From NCBI GenBank assembly GCA_048882045.1, contig JBHLRZ010000008.1, positions 1 to 64,000 on the forward strand: a stretch of DNA of 64,000 nt, given 5' to 3'. The notes beneath the pieces were generated by a model. The model saw only the letters and a program-made list of their open reading frames with translations. It was not told the origin of the DNA and ran no database searches. Origin of the DNA: Candidatus Thorarchaeota archaeon (lineage in GTDB: Archaea > Asgardarchaeota > Thorarchaeia > Thorarchaeales > Thorarchaeaceae). Positions within the stretch are counted from its first letter, which is position 1. Every line of letters starts with the position of its first letter. Both the position numbers and the translations under genes were made by a program. Below are positions 19,578 to 29,629 of the stretch, piece by piece.

Positions 19578-19685
19578 ATGGGTACGGAAACAACCACTGC
19601 CCATCGATCTCGGGTTACAAACGCGAAAGGTGACTGTCAAATTATGTCACACAGAGGTGAATGCGTTCTTACGCTCCTGCAGTGA
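19578..19685 (+). other. Possible 35-codon leader ORF overlapping the wHTH regulator start
   Basis: GAGGTGA SD followed by ATG at 19578; stop TGA at 19683-19685. Confidence 0.3.
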
Positions 19686-20001
19686 GCGTGAGGTCTCTAC
19701 TAATTTTCATAGTCTTCTTGCATCGTTCTTGCAACTGGCAGAGGCTAGGTTAAGCGATACACAGAAACTTGTACTGAGAACGAGTCGTGACCTGCTAAGA
19801 TTCAATGAGTTCTCTCTAACTGGATTGGCAGATGTGGTATCACGACGAAGTGGAGTTCCATATAGCACAGTAAAGTGGAACCTGCGATCTCTCAAGGACA
19901 TGGGTCTGCTGACAGGAGGAGATCTCAACAATAAGGGACAGTTTGCCTCTTTGACGGATGAAGCCCGAATGCTGGTGGAATACCTAGAGAGAGCTCTCTA
20001 G
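19630..20001 (+). CDS. Winged-helix DNA-binding protein
   Basis: LSDTQKLVL...SLTGLADVVSRRSGVPYSTVKWNLRSLKDMGLL...LTDEAR; start uncertain (19630 or 19657). Confidence 0.75.
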   Translation: MTVKLCHTEVNAFLRSCSEREVSTNFHSLLASFLQLAEARLSDTQKLVLRTSRDLLRFNEFSLTGLADVVSRRSGVPYSTVKWNLRSLKDMGLLTGGDLNNKGQFASLTDEARMLVEYLERAL

Positions 20002-20005
20002 TACA

Positions 20006-20039
20006 AGGGGGACTCAATGTCCCCTCCCCTTTCTTTTTT
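20006..20039 (+). terminator. Hairpin plus pyrimidine/T tract
   Basis: GGGGAC-TCAAT-GTCCCC followed by a T-rich tail right after the wHTH stop. Confidence 0.55.
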
Positions 20040-20112
20040 GACAGGTCATCGACAAAAAGTTCAGGGGGCTTCCCAACACTCTGCGGGAGCTGCTGTGCTT
20101 TACGATCCAACA

Positions 20113-20515
20113 TCATCGCATCTTCTTGTTGAACAGACTCCAACCTTGGGGGTATGAGAGTCTTGACCTCTTCGAGGTTGGTCGCTGATGTTAAGACGAT
20201 ATCGACCGATTTGCTTTCACTGGGTTCAATGTTCCCCAGATTCCATTGCAGTCCGGTCGCAACATCTAGGGTAAATGACTTGCTTTCGGTTGATTCTGAT
20301 CTGCAGAACAAACCATCTAGATAGTAGGTCTGGCAGAATCCACTCTTATACTCCGCAGGATTGTGGATGAGCAAGCAGTCCTTACCAGCAGGATCTATCA
20401 GACTGAGGCGCCTTATGAAGAAGCTTAGACGACCAGAACCTCAGGATGAACACTCGACATTATATGTGACGTCCAACCTCGGTTTCCGATTTCCGGTTTC
20501 CAAGATCTCAGACAT
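20113..20515 (-). pseudogene. Gene with in-frame TGA in a CxxU context and a probable 1-nt frameshift: degraded gene or selenoprotein
   Basis: ATG 20515 gives MSEILETGNRKPRLDVTYNVECSS(TGA 20443-20441)GSGRLSFF, in frame with ORF 19925..20374; removing one base from the C5 run (20148-20152) gives the end PQGWSLFNKKMR*. Confidence 0.55.
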
Positions 20516-20661
20516 GATTGAACACTATGCCTATGCTGATGTCCCGTTGGGCTGTTTTGGTTTAAACGTCATGATTGCTATGAGTTATCAGTACTTTGTG
20601 TCATAGGTCATAAAGTTGATAAACGACGCACAAACAGCCTCAATAGTCTGGTGTTTTTGAA

Positions 20662-21894
20662 ATGACAAATCTCACCGTTGAACAGCTCCAAAAGTGGTAT
20701 CGCAAGCAGCTCCGAGCCAAGTCTAAAGACTTTATCAAACAAGCGGAGAAGAGTTATCGGATTGTAGAAACCACACTGAAAGACATTGAAGAGCTGTCCA
20801 AAGAATTTACAGACGAGGAGGATCTTGACGACATAGAATCGGGTGGAATTGCCTCAAGGTTTGCTATGAAAATCGGTGAGATCGTCGATGATTTTTATGT
20901 CGACAAAGACATTACCTACGAGAATACTGAAGCAATGCAGAAGGAAATACAGCACTTCATCCAAGAACTTTGGGGTGCTGGAGCCCGCTGGATAAAGAGA
21001 ATGGACAAACGCTACAAGAATACTATCAAGACACTTGATTCGTATATGAAAGAGCTTGCCAAAGAGATGAACAGAATTAGCAAACTTCTTTTTGAGTTCA
21101 GTTGGGTCAAGGACCTCGAACGCATTGGAGGGCGTATTGATACTCTCCACGATTTGACATTTAGCAAGGAGATTTTTGATGAACAGATTCGTCAGGTTCG
21201 CGAGAAGATCAAGTCCGCACAGACTGAATATAACGCCGCAAAGAAAGCGTACGAAGAATTCACAGACACTTCTAATGTTGCTGAGCTACTCAGTCTAGAT
21301 GAGCAGGCTGAGCACATATCAGGACTTCTGAGGATGAAGCTCAACCCACTAAAGAAACAGGTCAAGAAGTTCATGCAACGTGATACTGGTATAAGAGTTA
21401 GCCCTGCTGGCCAAATCGCTCTGACTGAATATTTCGATGATCCTTACTCCGCGATAACTATAGAGAAAGATGGCTATCCAAATCTCCTCGAGGGACTCAA
21501 TGGTGTACAGGAGGCAATCGAAACCAAGAAACTCAAGCTCAAAGACCGCTTGGCTAGAAGAGCTATTGAAGAGATTGAAGAGATGCGTAAGGGCGGTCTT
21601 AGCAAGCTACAGACTCAGGCTAAGGAGATTGAAGAAAAACGACACACATATGCTGGTTCGGATGTTTATTCTCAGAACGACGACCTCCGTCAAGCGCTTA
21701 GTGAAGCTGAGAAGAACCTCGAATATCATCGCAATGATATACTCAGGTTGAGAGATGACATAACACGACAGATTGACAAGGTGCAAGAATTCAAGAGTCG
21801 TATTGAATCAGAAATCCAGGATGCTTTTAGCGAAAAGGTGACAATTCATGTCGAAGTCAGCTTGGAACCATTACTCGAGTTGACACAAATCTAG
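20662..21894 (+). CDS. Coiled-coil hypothetical protein
   Basis: 410 aa, E/K/Q-rich heptads, no Walker motifs. Confidence 0.75.
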   Translation: MTNLTVEQLQKWYRKQLRAKSKDFIKQAEKSYRIVETTLKDIEELSKEFTDEEDLDDIESGGIASRFAMKIGEIVDDFYVDKDITYENTEAMQKEIQHFIQELWGAGARWIKRMDKRYKNTIKTLDSYMKELAKEMNRISKLLFEFSWVKDLERIGGRIDTLHDLTFSKEIFDEQIRQVREKIKSAQTEYNAAKKAYEEFTDTSNVAELLSLDEQAEHISGLLRMKLNPLKKQVKKFMQRDTGIRVSPAGQIALTEYFDDPYSAITIEKDGYPNLLEGLNGVQEAIETKKLKLKDRLARRAIEEIEEMRKGGLSKLQTQAKEIEEKRHTYAGSDVYSQNDDLRQALSEAEKNLEYHRNDILRLRDDITRQIDKVQEFKSRIESEIQDAFSEKVTIHVEVSLEPLLELTQI

Positions 21895-21911
21895 TATTCG
21901 AGGATTATACG

Positions 21912-22733
21912 TTGAGAGTCCTAGTCACATCGGTTCAAGATACTGCAAGTTCCACTATAAAGGAGGTACTAATCAACAATTATGCATTCTTGGAGTCTGA
22001 CGAGTCTTTCGAAGGGAATGTTGTGTTTTCCAATGGTGAAACCAAACTCATCACAACTAAGCGAGACATGATCTATTGTGACCATCTCGAGAACCATTTT
22101 GAGGCTGAGGTCTTCATCTTCTGTTCCAAACATAGGGCTGAGTCAGGAAAACCCGCTCTACTAGTTCATAGCACAGGGAATCTTGGTAGAGAGGCTGAAT
22201 TTGGCGGCAATCCTCATCAACTCTCAATAGCTTCTCCGGTATTAGTCAGTGTGGCTCTAAGGACCCTCTATCAGGAACGCAACAATCGAGGATTGGATGA
22301 GTTTGATGTTTCCTTGGAAGTCACACATCATGGCCCCACATCAATGAACACTCCTCTAGTATTTATTGAACTGGGGAGTTCAGAAGAGTATTGGACTCAC
22401 CTAGAAGGAGCAAAGGCTGTAGCTGCAGCAATCATGCAGTGTGTGGAAACTCCGTTAACTGGTGAAGCCGTAATTGGATTTGGGGGCACTCACTATGCTA
22501 ACAAATTCAACAAGCTTGTTCTTGAGAAGGATTACAACATCGGGCACATGGCACCAAAATACGCCATCAATGGTCTTACGAGTGAGGTTCTGCAACAGAT
22601 GATATCTAGATCTACCAACCCTATCGTCAAAGCCGTGATTGATTGGAAAGGAACTAACTCAGAGAACAAGGACCACCTTCTTCCATTGCTTGAAGCAGCC
22701 AATATTGAAGTAATTCGTGCAAGGAAAGCATAA
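21912..22733 (+). CDS. dtdA: Archaeal D-aminoacyl-tRNA deacylase (DTD2)
   Basis: SKHRAESGKPALLVHSTGN, EVTHHGPT, FIELGS, GFGGTHY. Confidence 0.93.
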   Translation: MRVLVTSVQDTASSTIKEVLINNYAFLESDESFEGNVVFSNGETKLITTKRDMIYCDHLENHFEAEVFIFCSKHRAESGKPALLVHSTGNLGREAEFGGNPHQLSIASPVLVSVALRTLYQERNNRGLDEFDVSLEVTHHGPTSMNTPLVFIELGSSEEYWTHLEGAKAVAAAIMQCVETPLTGEAVIGFGGTHYANKFNKLVLEKDYNIGHMAPKYAINGLTSEVLQQMISRSTNPIVKAVIDWKGTNSENKDHLLPLLEAANIEVIRARKA

Positions 22734-22806
22734 GACTTCATTCCCGAAAGGCTAATTACTCTCCCTGTATCAAAACGAACATTGTCGCTATCCAGTAGGG
22801 GATTTT

Positions 22807-23745
22807 ATGGCCACGGAGAAAAGCGATGCAGCGATCAAGGATATTCAAAAAAAGGTTGAGAAACTAGCAGAGGATCTCACGGAAATTCGTGACGAGCTCA
22901 AAGACGTGAAGTCTCAGGTCCTTCCAATATCTAAAATCGATGAACTAATTTCAACAGTCACTGACAGTCTAGATAAGTCGTTAGGCAAGAAGCTTGATGA
23001 TGTTTCTAAGTCGGGAGACATGACTAAGAAAGTTGATGAGCTCGCAAAATCTGTTACGACAATAGGTTCTGATGTCACTGAAATCAAGGAATCTAAAGAG
23101 TTTGAAGTCCTCATCAAAAAAGTGGACGATGTTCTTGTTTCTACTGCTGATATCGATGTCATTGCCAAGAAGCTTGATGATCTCCAGGGATATATAGCAA
23201 GTCTCTCAGGAATCGAAGAAAAGGTGCAAGATCTGTCAAGTAAATTTGATGAAACAAATGAGATTGTTGGCATCATCGTACGACAGCTGGATGATATCGA
23301 ACGAAAATACAATCAGGCAAGTGAGAAGGTCGCAGCGGCTGCAGAACAGATTACAAAGTTGGTTGAAGAGGGTGGGGTAATTAATTCGGAAACAGATAAG
23401 ACTGAGAAAAAGCCGAAAGAAAAGACAGAAACTAAGGCGCCTAAGGTCAAAGACCCCACTAAAGCAAGCCTTCCCTCTACAATCGATACTCTTATGGAAG
23501 GATTGTTGGATCTTGTTGTTCCGCAGACCGAAGCATCCGATATGGCTGAGGCTCTCGAAGATGTGCGTGACAAATTGACCACCCAGATTGAGGGACACAC
23601 ACCGGTATTATTCCAGTTTGGAAAACGCGCACGTGAGCTCAAGTCATATCCTCCTACAGCAACGTTGAATGAGAACGACATTGCCAGTCTGAGCCGAGAG
23701 ATAAAATCATGGACGAGTAAGCTGAAAGAAACAGCAAAAGGCTAG
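22807..23745 (+). CDS. Coiled-coil protein with C-terminal helical domain
   Basis: Heptad repeats over aa 1-190, a K/E/T linker, then a helical C-terminal domain. Confidence 0.75.
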   Translation: MATEKSDAAIKDIQKKVEKLAEDLTEIRDELKDVKSQVLPISKIDELISTVTDSLDKSLGKKLDDVSKSGDMTKKVDELAKSVTTIGSDVTEIKESKEFEVLIKKVDDVLVSTADIDVIAKKLDDLQGYIASLSGIEEKVQDLSSKFDETNEIVGIIVRQLDDIERKYNQASEKVAAAAEQITKLVEEGGVINSETDKTEKKPKEKTETKAPKVKDPTKASLPSTIDTLMEGLLDLVVPQTEASDMAEALEDVRDKLTTQIEGHTPVLFQFGKRARELKSYPPTATLNENDIASLSREIKSWTSKLKETAKG

Positions 23746-23898
23746 AAAGTAGACTCAAATTTGATTCGTAAACTCACTACCTGTTACATATCTTTATTTC
23801 CCTTGAACATAATGCGCAATTAGACTCACTTTCAGTGAACAAAATACAGAAACACTTGAGCGAGATTTTTCTTTCGCTCACTATCGACAGAGTGGTTT

Positions 23899-24702
23899 GT
23901 GATCTCAATGGAACTAAAGAAACACAAAGAAGAACTTTCTACAAGATTGAGCCTTCTTGATGCTGCAGCCGATAATCAGCTGGCAAAAGAATTGATTGAA
24001 CTTCATGAGGAGAAATGCACTGCTTGTCAAGAAGATAGACTCAGTTGCACTGTGCGGCCTCGATGTATGAATCGGAACTTCTTGAATGCTCTTATTGAGA
24101 TCGGGGTTAGTCCACAGGACTTGCCAAGCTTCTGCTATAGTCAGTATCTAGAGCAGATTAGACGGTATATCTTAGATAAGAAAGGTCGTGGTATGGATGA
24201 CCGAAGAATTCCTATCCGTGATCTCCTCTCCACGCTGAGTGTCAGTTCAATCCGACAGTTCTCGACCAAGTTCAAGAAGATTTGGAAGAACTATTCTTCA
24301 GTGAATGAAAACGATATCATGCTAATTGCTGGCGATGGTCTATTGTTTCGATTTGATTTTTCAAGAGGGATTGTCACCCTTAATCCCACACAGAATGAAA
24401 TCGACAACTATGACGTTTTTCGACTCTATAGCTCCCTCTTTTCAGATTATTATGATTTGAAGACGAGTGTTTTTGATCTGACACTAAACTGGTGGCTCAT
24501 TACCTTCGAAGTGAAGGGAAAAGATCCAGCAAGTATCAAGAGTCTGCTGAAGAGTGAGCCCGCTAAGGCATTTGACACTATTTACACTGAGGATGTGGAT
24601 GACTCCACTCTGATACGAGCCGAGGTCGTCGTTGATGGTGGTTCGCCATTGGTCAAAACAGGTCAGCTACAAGGTCTCTTTGAGTTAGTGTCAAACTTGT
24701 AA
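23899..24702 (+). CDS. Hypothetical protein with Cys cluster
   Basis: CTAC-x6-C-x5-C plus a later Cys; 267-aa ORF. Confidence 0.7.
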   Translation: MISMELKKHKEELSTRLSLLDAAADNQLAKELIELHEEKCTACQEDRLSCTVRPRCMNRNFLNALIEIGVSPQDLPSFCYSQYLEQIRRYILDKKGRGMDDRRIPIRDLLSTLSVSSIRQFSTKFKKIWKNYSSVNENDIMLIAGDGLLFRFDFSRGIVTLNPTQNEIDNYDVFRLYSSLFSDYYDLKTSVFDLTLNWWLITFEVKGKDPASIKSLLKSEPAKAFDTIYTEDVDDSTLIRAEVVVDGGSPLVKTGQLQGLFELVSNL

Positions 24703-24765
24703 AACCGAGAAAATGGAAACAGGACCGTATATGCGGCTTGACCATTTCAACGGTGGGATGCACAA

Positions 24766-27700
24766 ATGAGTAATGAAGCAATTACGGAAGCGGTTTCCGT
24801 ATTAAAATCAAATCTTGGCATCACAGATGCCGAGTCAAAGGCTCTTCTCCCGATACTTATCGGCGGAAACATGACTGTAGGTGGAGTCTCTCAGATGATA
24901 GGAGAGGCTGTTCCAACAGTTAAGAAGACCCTTCAGCGATTGGTGAATAAAGGGCTGATCAAAGAGATAGAAGGTATTGTCCCGGTCTATCGTGCCATAC
25001 CTCCCAACCTTTCACTCTTGAATGATTTGTCCGAGATTAACAATGAAGTGGTAAGTCTAACTGACATTTCTCAAAAGACTTTCGACTCTAATACCAAGGA
25101 GATAGATTCCGCGGTTAAAAAAGTCATCAAGTCCAAGACGACGTCACTTGACAAAGTGAACACATCACTCACGCGTTATGAGGAGAGAATGGCTAAACTA
25201 GTAAGTTCTCGAATAGAACAAATGAAGACTAGTGCAAATGCAGTAATGGAGTCTCTTTCCGAAGAACTCGAAGAGGTTCTTAACAAGCTCGACGTTACGA
25301 TTGATAATCGACTAGGCTCGAAAATCACTGAACTCCAGGGAGAGATTGACAAGAGTCAGCTAGCGCTAGAACAAGATGTCAAGAAGATTTCTCGAGAGTT
25401 TGACAAATGGCTAAAAGCTGAACGAAAAACCACCTTGGCTGATATTACTGAGTTTGAATCCAAGTCAGCTGGGCTCATTAAGGCGGCAAGGACCGCAGTT
25501 ACGAAAACCTTGACAGCATCATCCGAGGTTCTCCAAAAGATTGCACAGAAGACTACACAGACACTTAGTTCAATGGTTTCAGCAGCATCGGACGACGGGG
25601 TTGAAGTATTAAATGAAGTTTCTGGAGATCTGACGCAACTCCTGACACAGATAGAGTCTGAACTTGGACAGACCTATTTAGTAGGAAAGGAATCACTTCG
25701 AGAGGTCCTAAGCGAAGCAAGGACAATCCCGGATGATTTCGGCGAATTTGTAAAGACTCGAATACATACTAGTGCTGCGATTGCTGAGAATGCAGTTGGC
25801 GGAGTTGAAACCTGGAAAGAAGAAGTGGCAAGTTTCATGGATGTAGCATCCCAATCCGTGATTTCACAGCTCGATCAGGTTGCATCAACTGATGCTAACT
25901 ACATCGATGTCATGAAGAATACATTGACCTCCCACATCGATAAGTTGAATGGAATGATTAAGGAGGAGTATCTTGAGCTCCAAAACCTAAGTACTTCTCT
26001 TGGCACTGACTGCGAAACCACTCTCGCCGATACGCGAGTTCTCATGCTTGAAATCCTAGAAGACCAGAATATGAAAGAACAAGCGAGTTGCGACGCAGCG
26101 GCAAAGACACTTCACAAAGATCTTGATGGCTGGGTATCAACCACGATACAATCGATTGAGAAGAAACTTAGTGATACAACAACCGAGGTAAGTTCAATAC
26201 TAGATACTGAATCATCCGAGCTCAACAGTATTGCAGAAAACATGAATAGTCGCTTGAAGAGTGCTTTCAATTCGATTATCAAGTCCACTACTACAAAGAA
26301 TGAAGCACTAATCTCTGCCGTAAAGACAACTACGCACAACTTCGAAACAAGTATTGGAGAGAGACTCGAGGAACTCATTGGTAGTTTCACAACCACGACA
26401 GAGAAACAGATTCGAGATTCCAAGAAGCTATACCAACAACTAAGAGACCGTCTTGACAATCGCATGACAAAAAGCATTACATCGATTAATTCTGAAGCGA
26501 ATCGCATTCAAAACGAGATTGACTCAATTATCCAACAACAAGATAATCGGATCGAACAACACACCTTGGCAATTCGTGAAGAGTTCCACACTCACCTTGA
26601 GGATATCACACGTCAATTCGTGACTCTGACACAGGGACTTGAAGCAACCTTCAATGGATTGCTCTCAAGCCAGACAGTTGAAGCTCAGGACCTTATCACA
26701 CTATCTCACACCGAGTTCAAGACTGCTTTGAAGAACGAAATGGCAAACCTCAAGGAAGACTCTCAAAAACTACAGCAGGAATACTCTGCAGAGCTTGGAA
26801 TGAAAATCGATGAGGTTGCTGCCTCAGTTGCTGGTTTTAAGAAGAACCTTGAAGAGGTTGCAGTCCAAAAGAAACAGCAAATTTCCAAGAGCATGACCCA
26901 AGCGCTAAATCAACTACAAACAGGTATTCAGAGTACTGAAAACAGTCTTCGTGAAATGGAAGAAGGTACAATTAAGCAGTTTATAGATACAATGGACCAA
27001 GTGTCACAAGAGTTCAACCTATCAATAAACAGTGCCCGTGATAACATCTCTGAAAGATTGGACAATGTTCGTGCAGATACTACAGCCGCTCTTGAGAAGA
27101 GCACTGCAGCTGCTAAAAGGACTGCTGACACCTTCATAACCGAACAAAAGGAATCCAAGCAACGTACATTAGCTGATACTAGCAAGAAGATAAACAGACT
27201 CGCTACAAAACGCATCAAAGCATCCACTGCAAATATTGAGGATTTCCATGCCCTCCTCTCCGAAAAAGAAGTGGGCGGCGTAAAGTCTAGGAACACTGCT
27301 AAAGATGAAGTAATCAAAGCAATAGAGGCTCGAAGATCAGAGGTAGTGCAAGCATTTGATGCTGCATCGGTATGGGTCGATTCGACCATGTCAAACATGG
27401 GAACGTCGCTAGATACTTTCGGTACGAAGCTTGGAAATGAATTGACTTTGATGCAGAGTAGTCTATTGAAGTCTGCAGATGAAGCAGCTGCATCGATCAC
27501 TGAACGGGGTGATGAAGCAATAAACCGATTCGCAGAGATAACCTCCACTCTTATTGAGAATTCTGAGGTCGCAGTCACGGAGCAACTCAACGCATTTGGT
27601 GCTGATTGTGCGACCGCTCTTGTGAAAGGAACTGATGCCTTTACACAAATGCCAAGTAAAATCCTTGAAGGAATCGAGGCTCTTGATGCAACGATTGCTG

Positions 27701-28662
27701 AAGAAACCACACAAAGCTATAGTGTTGTTGTTGACAAACTAGCAACTGCTTTTACCGAGTTCCAAAGATCCTCTGAGTCTGCATCTGAGGAGTTTCGCAA
27801 CCTCTTAGAGCAATCTTCCATCCAAACGACTGAGAAAAGAAATGAAGCTATTGAAGCTGTAAAGAAAAGTGCAAACTTGACAAACCAACAAGCAGCAAGG
27901 AAGTTGGAAACGATAGGGCTCGAACTAAAAACACAGCTCAGTACAGAGTCATCATATCTGATTGAGAAAGTACGCGCTGAGGCCACTCGAAAGAACCTTG
28001 TCATTACAGAGTCTGTCACCGAGGCAAACAAATTGACCTCGGAAGAGTTGTCCCAGTTGCATCAGGCTCGTAGTACAGCTCTTGCTGAATTCAATGATCA
28101 TGTGGACAAGACTTTCCGAAGAACATCGAATGAGCAGAAGAAGAAGCTCAATGCTTTGAACAAGAATTACCAGGAGACAATAGCAGGAGTGACAGAACTC
28201 ACAACAAGAGCTGTTGAAATTCTTGGAGCAGTCCACAAAGCCACCGAAATCCTTCTTGAGGTCCCAACTGAACGCACATGGTATCTAAGAGGTTCTGAAG
28301 AGGCATGCGCACACATTGGTGATATGGCCAAGCGAGCAAACGAATCCATTGTGGTTGCTATTCCAGACATAGATTGTCTGAAGCTGGCACAACTAGCAAA
28401 AGCAAGGACTGCAAAACGCAAGGTCTTGATCATTCCAGAATCTGATGAATCATCTCCCGAGATTGAGTCGCTAACAGGCTGGAGAATATGGCATACAAAG
28501 ACACCAATGCTTCTTTGTGTTGCTGATGACAAGGAAGTCCTTGTAGGCGGAACGGGAGATTCAAAGAACCCAATTGCTGTGGTATCAGAAGATGAAACCT
28601 ATCTCCGATTATACCATGACGTATTGGGGCCACGATTAGTCCAGGGTCGGGTCGTTTCATAG
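24766..28662 (+). CDS. Giant TrmB-family protein: wHTH + ~1100-aa helical rod + PLD-like effector domain
   Basis: LGITDAESKALL..LQRLVNKGLIKEIEG.VPVYRAIPP (TrmB DNA-binding domain); C-terminal WYLRG..IGDMAKRANESIVVAIP..LCVADDKEVLVG. Confidence 0.8.
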   Translation: MSNEAITEAVSVLKSNLGITDAESKALLPILIGGNMTVGGVSQMIGEAVPTVKKTLQRLVNKGLIKEIEGIVPVYRAIPPNLSLLNDLSEINNEVVSLTDISQKTFDSNTKEIDSAVKKVIKSKTTSLDKVNTSLTRYEERMAKLVSSRIEQMKTSANAVMESLSEELEEVLNKLDVTIDNRLGSKITELQGEIDKSQLALEQDVKKISREFDKWLKAERKTTLADITEFESKSAGLIKAARTAVTKTLTASSEVLQKIAQKTTQTLSSMVSAASDDGVEVLNEVSGDLTQLLTQIESELGQTYLVGKESLREVLSEARTIPDDFGEFVKTRIHTSAAIAENAVGGVETWKEEVASFMDVASQSVISQLDQVASTDANYIDVMKNTLTSHIDKLNGMIKEEYLELQNLSTSLGTDCETTLADTRVLMLEILEDQNMKEQASCDAAAKTLHKDLDGWVSTTIQSIEKKLSDTTTEVSSILDTESSELNSIAENMNSRLKSAFNSIIKSTTTKNEALISAVKTTTHNFETSIGERLEELIGSFTTTTEKQIRDSKKLYQQLRDRLDNRMTKSITSINSEANRIQNEIDSIIQQQDNRIEQHTLAIREEFHTHLEDITRQFVTLTQGLEATFNGLLSSQTVEAQDLITLSHTEFKTALKNEMANLKEDSQKLQQEYSAELGMKIDEVAASVAGFKKNLEEVAVQKKQQISKSMTQALNQLQTGIQSTENSLREMEEGTIKQFIDTMDQVSQEFNLSINSARDNISERLDNVRADTTAALEKSTAAAKRTADTFITEQKESKQRTLADTSKKINRLATKRIKASTANIEDFHALLSEKEVGGVKSRNTAKDEVIKAIEARRSEVVQAFDAASVWVDSTMSNMGTSLDTFGTKLGNELTLMQSSLLKSADEAAASITERGDEAINRFAEITSTLIENSEVAVTEQLNAFGADCATALVKGTDAFTQMPSKILEGIEALDATIAEETTQSYSVVVDKLATAFTEFQRSSESASEEFRNLLEQSSIQTTEKRNEAIEAVKKSANLTNQQAARKLETIGLELKTQLSTESSYLIEKVRAEATRKNLVITESVTEANKLTSEELSQLHQARSTALAEFNDHVDKTFRRTSNEQKKKLNALNKNYQETIAGVTELTTRAVEILGAVHKATEILLEVPTERTWYLRGSEEACAHIGDMAKRANESIVVAIPDIDCLKLAQLAKARTAKRKVLIIPESDESSPEIESLTGWRIWHTKTPMLLCVADDKEVLVGGTGDSKNPIAVVSEDETYLRLYHDVLGPRLVQGRVVS

Positions 28663-29121
28663 GTCATATACATACTCGATGGCATCTTCGTCGAAGTAGT
28701 AGCCATCGAGTCTTCCCGACTCAACATACCCTAGACTCTCGTAGAGTCGTCGTGCTCCAGTGTTACTCTCACGTACTTCAAGGAAACAAGATGACATCCC
28801 TGATTCTATGAGCTTGTCCTGAACATGTTTCATGAGAAGCCTACCATATCCTTTCCTTCTCTCATCCTCTATGATAGCCAAGTTCAGTATGTGCCCCCTA
28901 GTACTAACTGTATCTGTTTCCCAAACTGCATATCCTGATAGTTTCCCATCGATTTCTAATATGTCCATTAAAAGTTGCCCATCATCAGTGGTAATTCGCC
29001 CTTTTTGCATACAGATTCTCAAGTATATTGTATATTCCCAAACATCAGCAAAGCTTGTTCTCTCAATATACATGACGTCATCAAGGTCACCTAGCCTGAC
29101 TGGTCGAATGTTGTAATTCAT
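28657..29121 (-). CDS. rimI: RimI-like N-acetyltransferase
   Basis: GHILNLAI..RRKGYG, LEVRESN..ARRLYESLGY, YY..EDA. Confidence 0.85.
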   Translation of the reverse strand: MNYNIRPVRLGDLDDVMYIERTSFADVWEYTIYLRICMQKGRITTDDGQLLMDILEIDGKLSGYAVWETDTVSTRGHILNLAIIEDERRKGYGRLLMKHVQDKLIESGMSSCFLEVRESNTGARRLYESLGYVESGRLDGYYFDEDAIEYVYDL

Positions 29122-29138
29122 TTCCCCCCACTCCCTCT

Positions 29139-29513
29139 CTAGAATGAATCGCGATCAACACTACTCCCACATGCTGAGCAGAATGACGCATTCTCCGGTA
29201 GAGGACTTCCGCATACCTGACACATTGATTCAATCTTAAGAACTCCCAAACTGGGATCCTGATACTTTGAGAATCTTGCGTCCCCAGTAAATTGGCTATT
29301 GGCCCAATAGAAGAAAGCCAACATGGTTACAAGACTGATTATGATTATGATGGGGGCGAGTAAAGCATCACCAACGAAGAAAAATGGGAACACAAAGACC
29401 CCTCCACTTGATGAGTCAGTTATGAGTAAAGCACCCACACTTACCATAACGAAACCAATGACAAAAAGGAGAAGCTCTCTAATTTTCAAATCTGTTCGTC
29501 TTGACCTTTTCAT
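29139..29513 (-). CDS. Small membrane protein with C-terminal double Zn-ribbon
   Basis: Hydrophobic helices followed by CQVCG...FCSACG. Confidence 0.75.
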   Translation of the reverse strand: MKRSRRTDLKIRELLLFVIGFVMVSVGALLITDSSSGGVFVFPFFFVGDALLAPIIIIISLVTMLAFFYWANSQFTGDARFSKYQDPSLGVLKIESMCQVCGSPLPENASFCSACGSSVDRDSF

Positions 29514-29629
29514 TTGTCTTAATAATTCTATACCAAATAGCGTGATAGAAAAGGGACATAAGACATATCAACAACATATGGAATATCAGTAGAGCACGTC
29601 CACAGTAGCAATCATTAGAGATTTCTACG

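Noticed and set aside
20361-20606. 81-aa plus-strand ORF
   Set aside because: Antisense shadow of the CxxU-containing minus-strand frame; no recognisable features
20662-21894. Possible SMC/Rad50 or ESCRT-III protein
   Set aside because: No Walker A/B, hinge or Zn-hook, and no recognisable Snf7 pattern
26112-28660. Several long minus-strand ORFs (up to 260 aa)
   Set aside because: Antisense shadows of the 1298-aa TrmB rod gene
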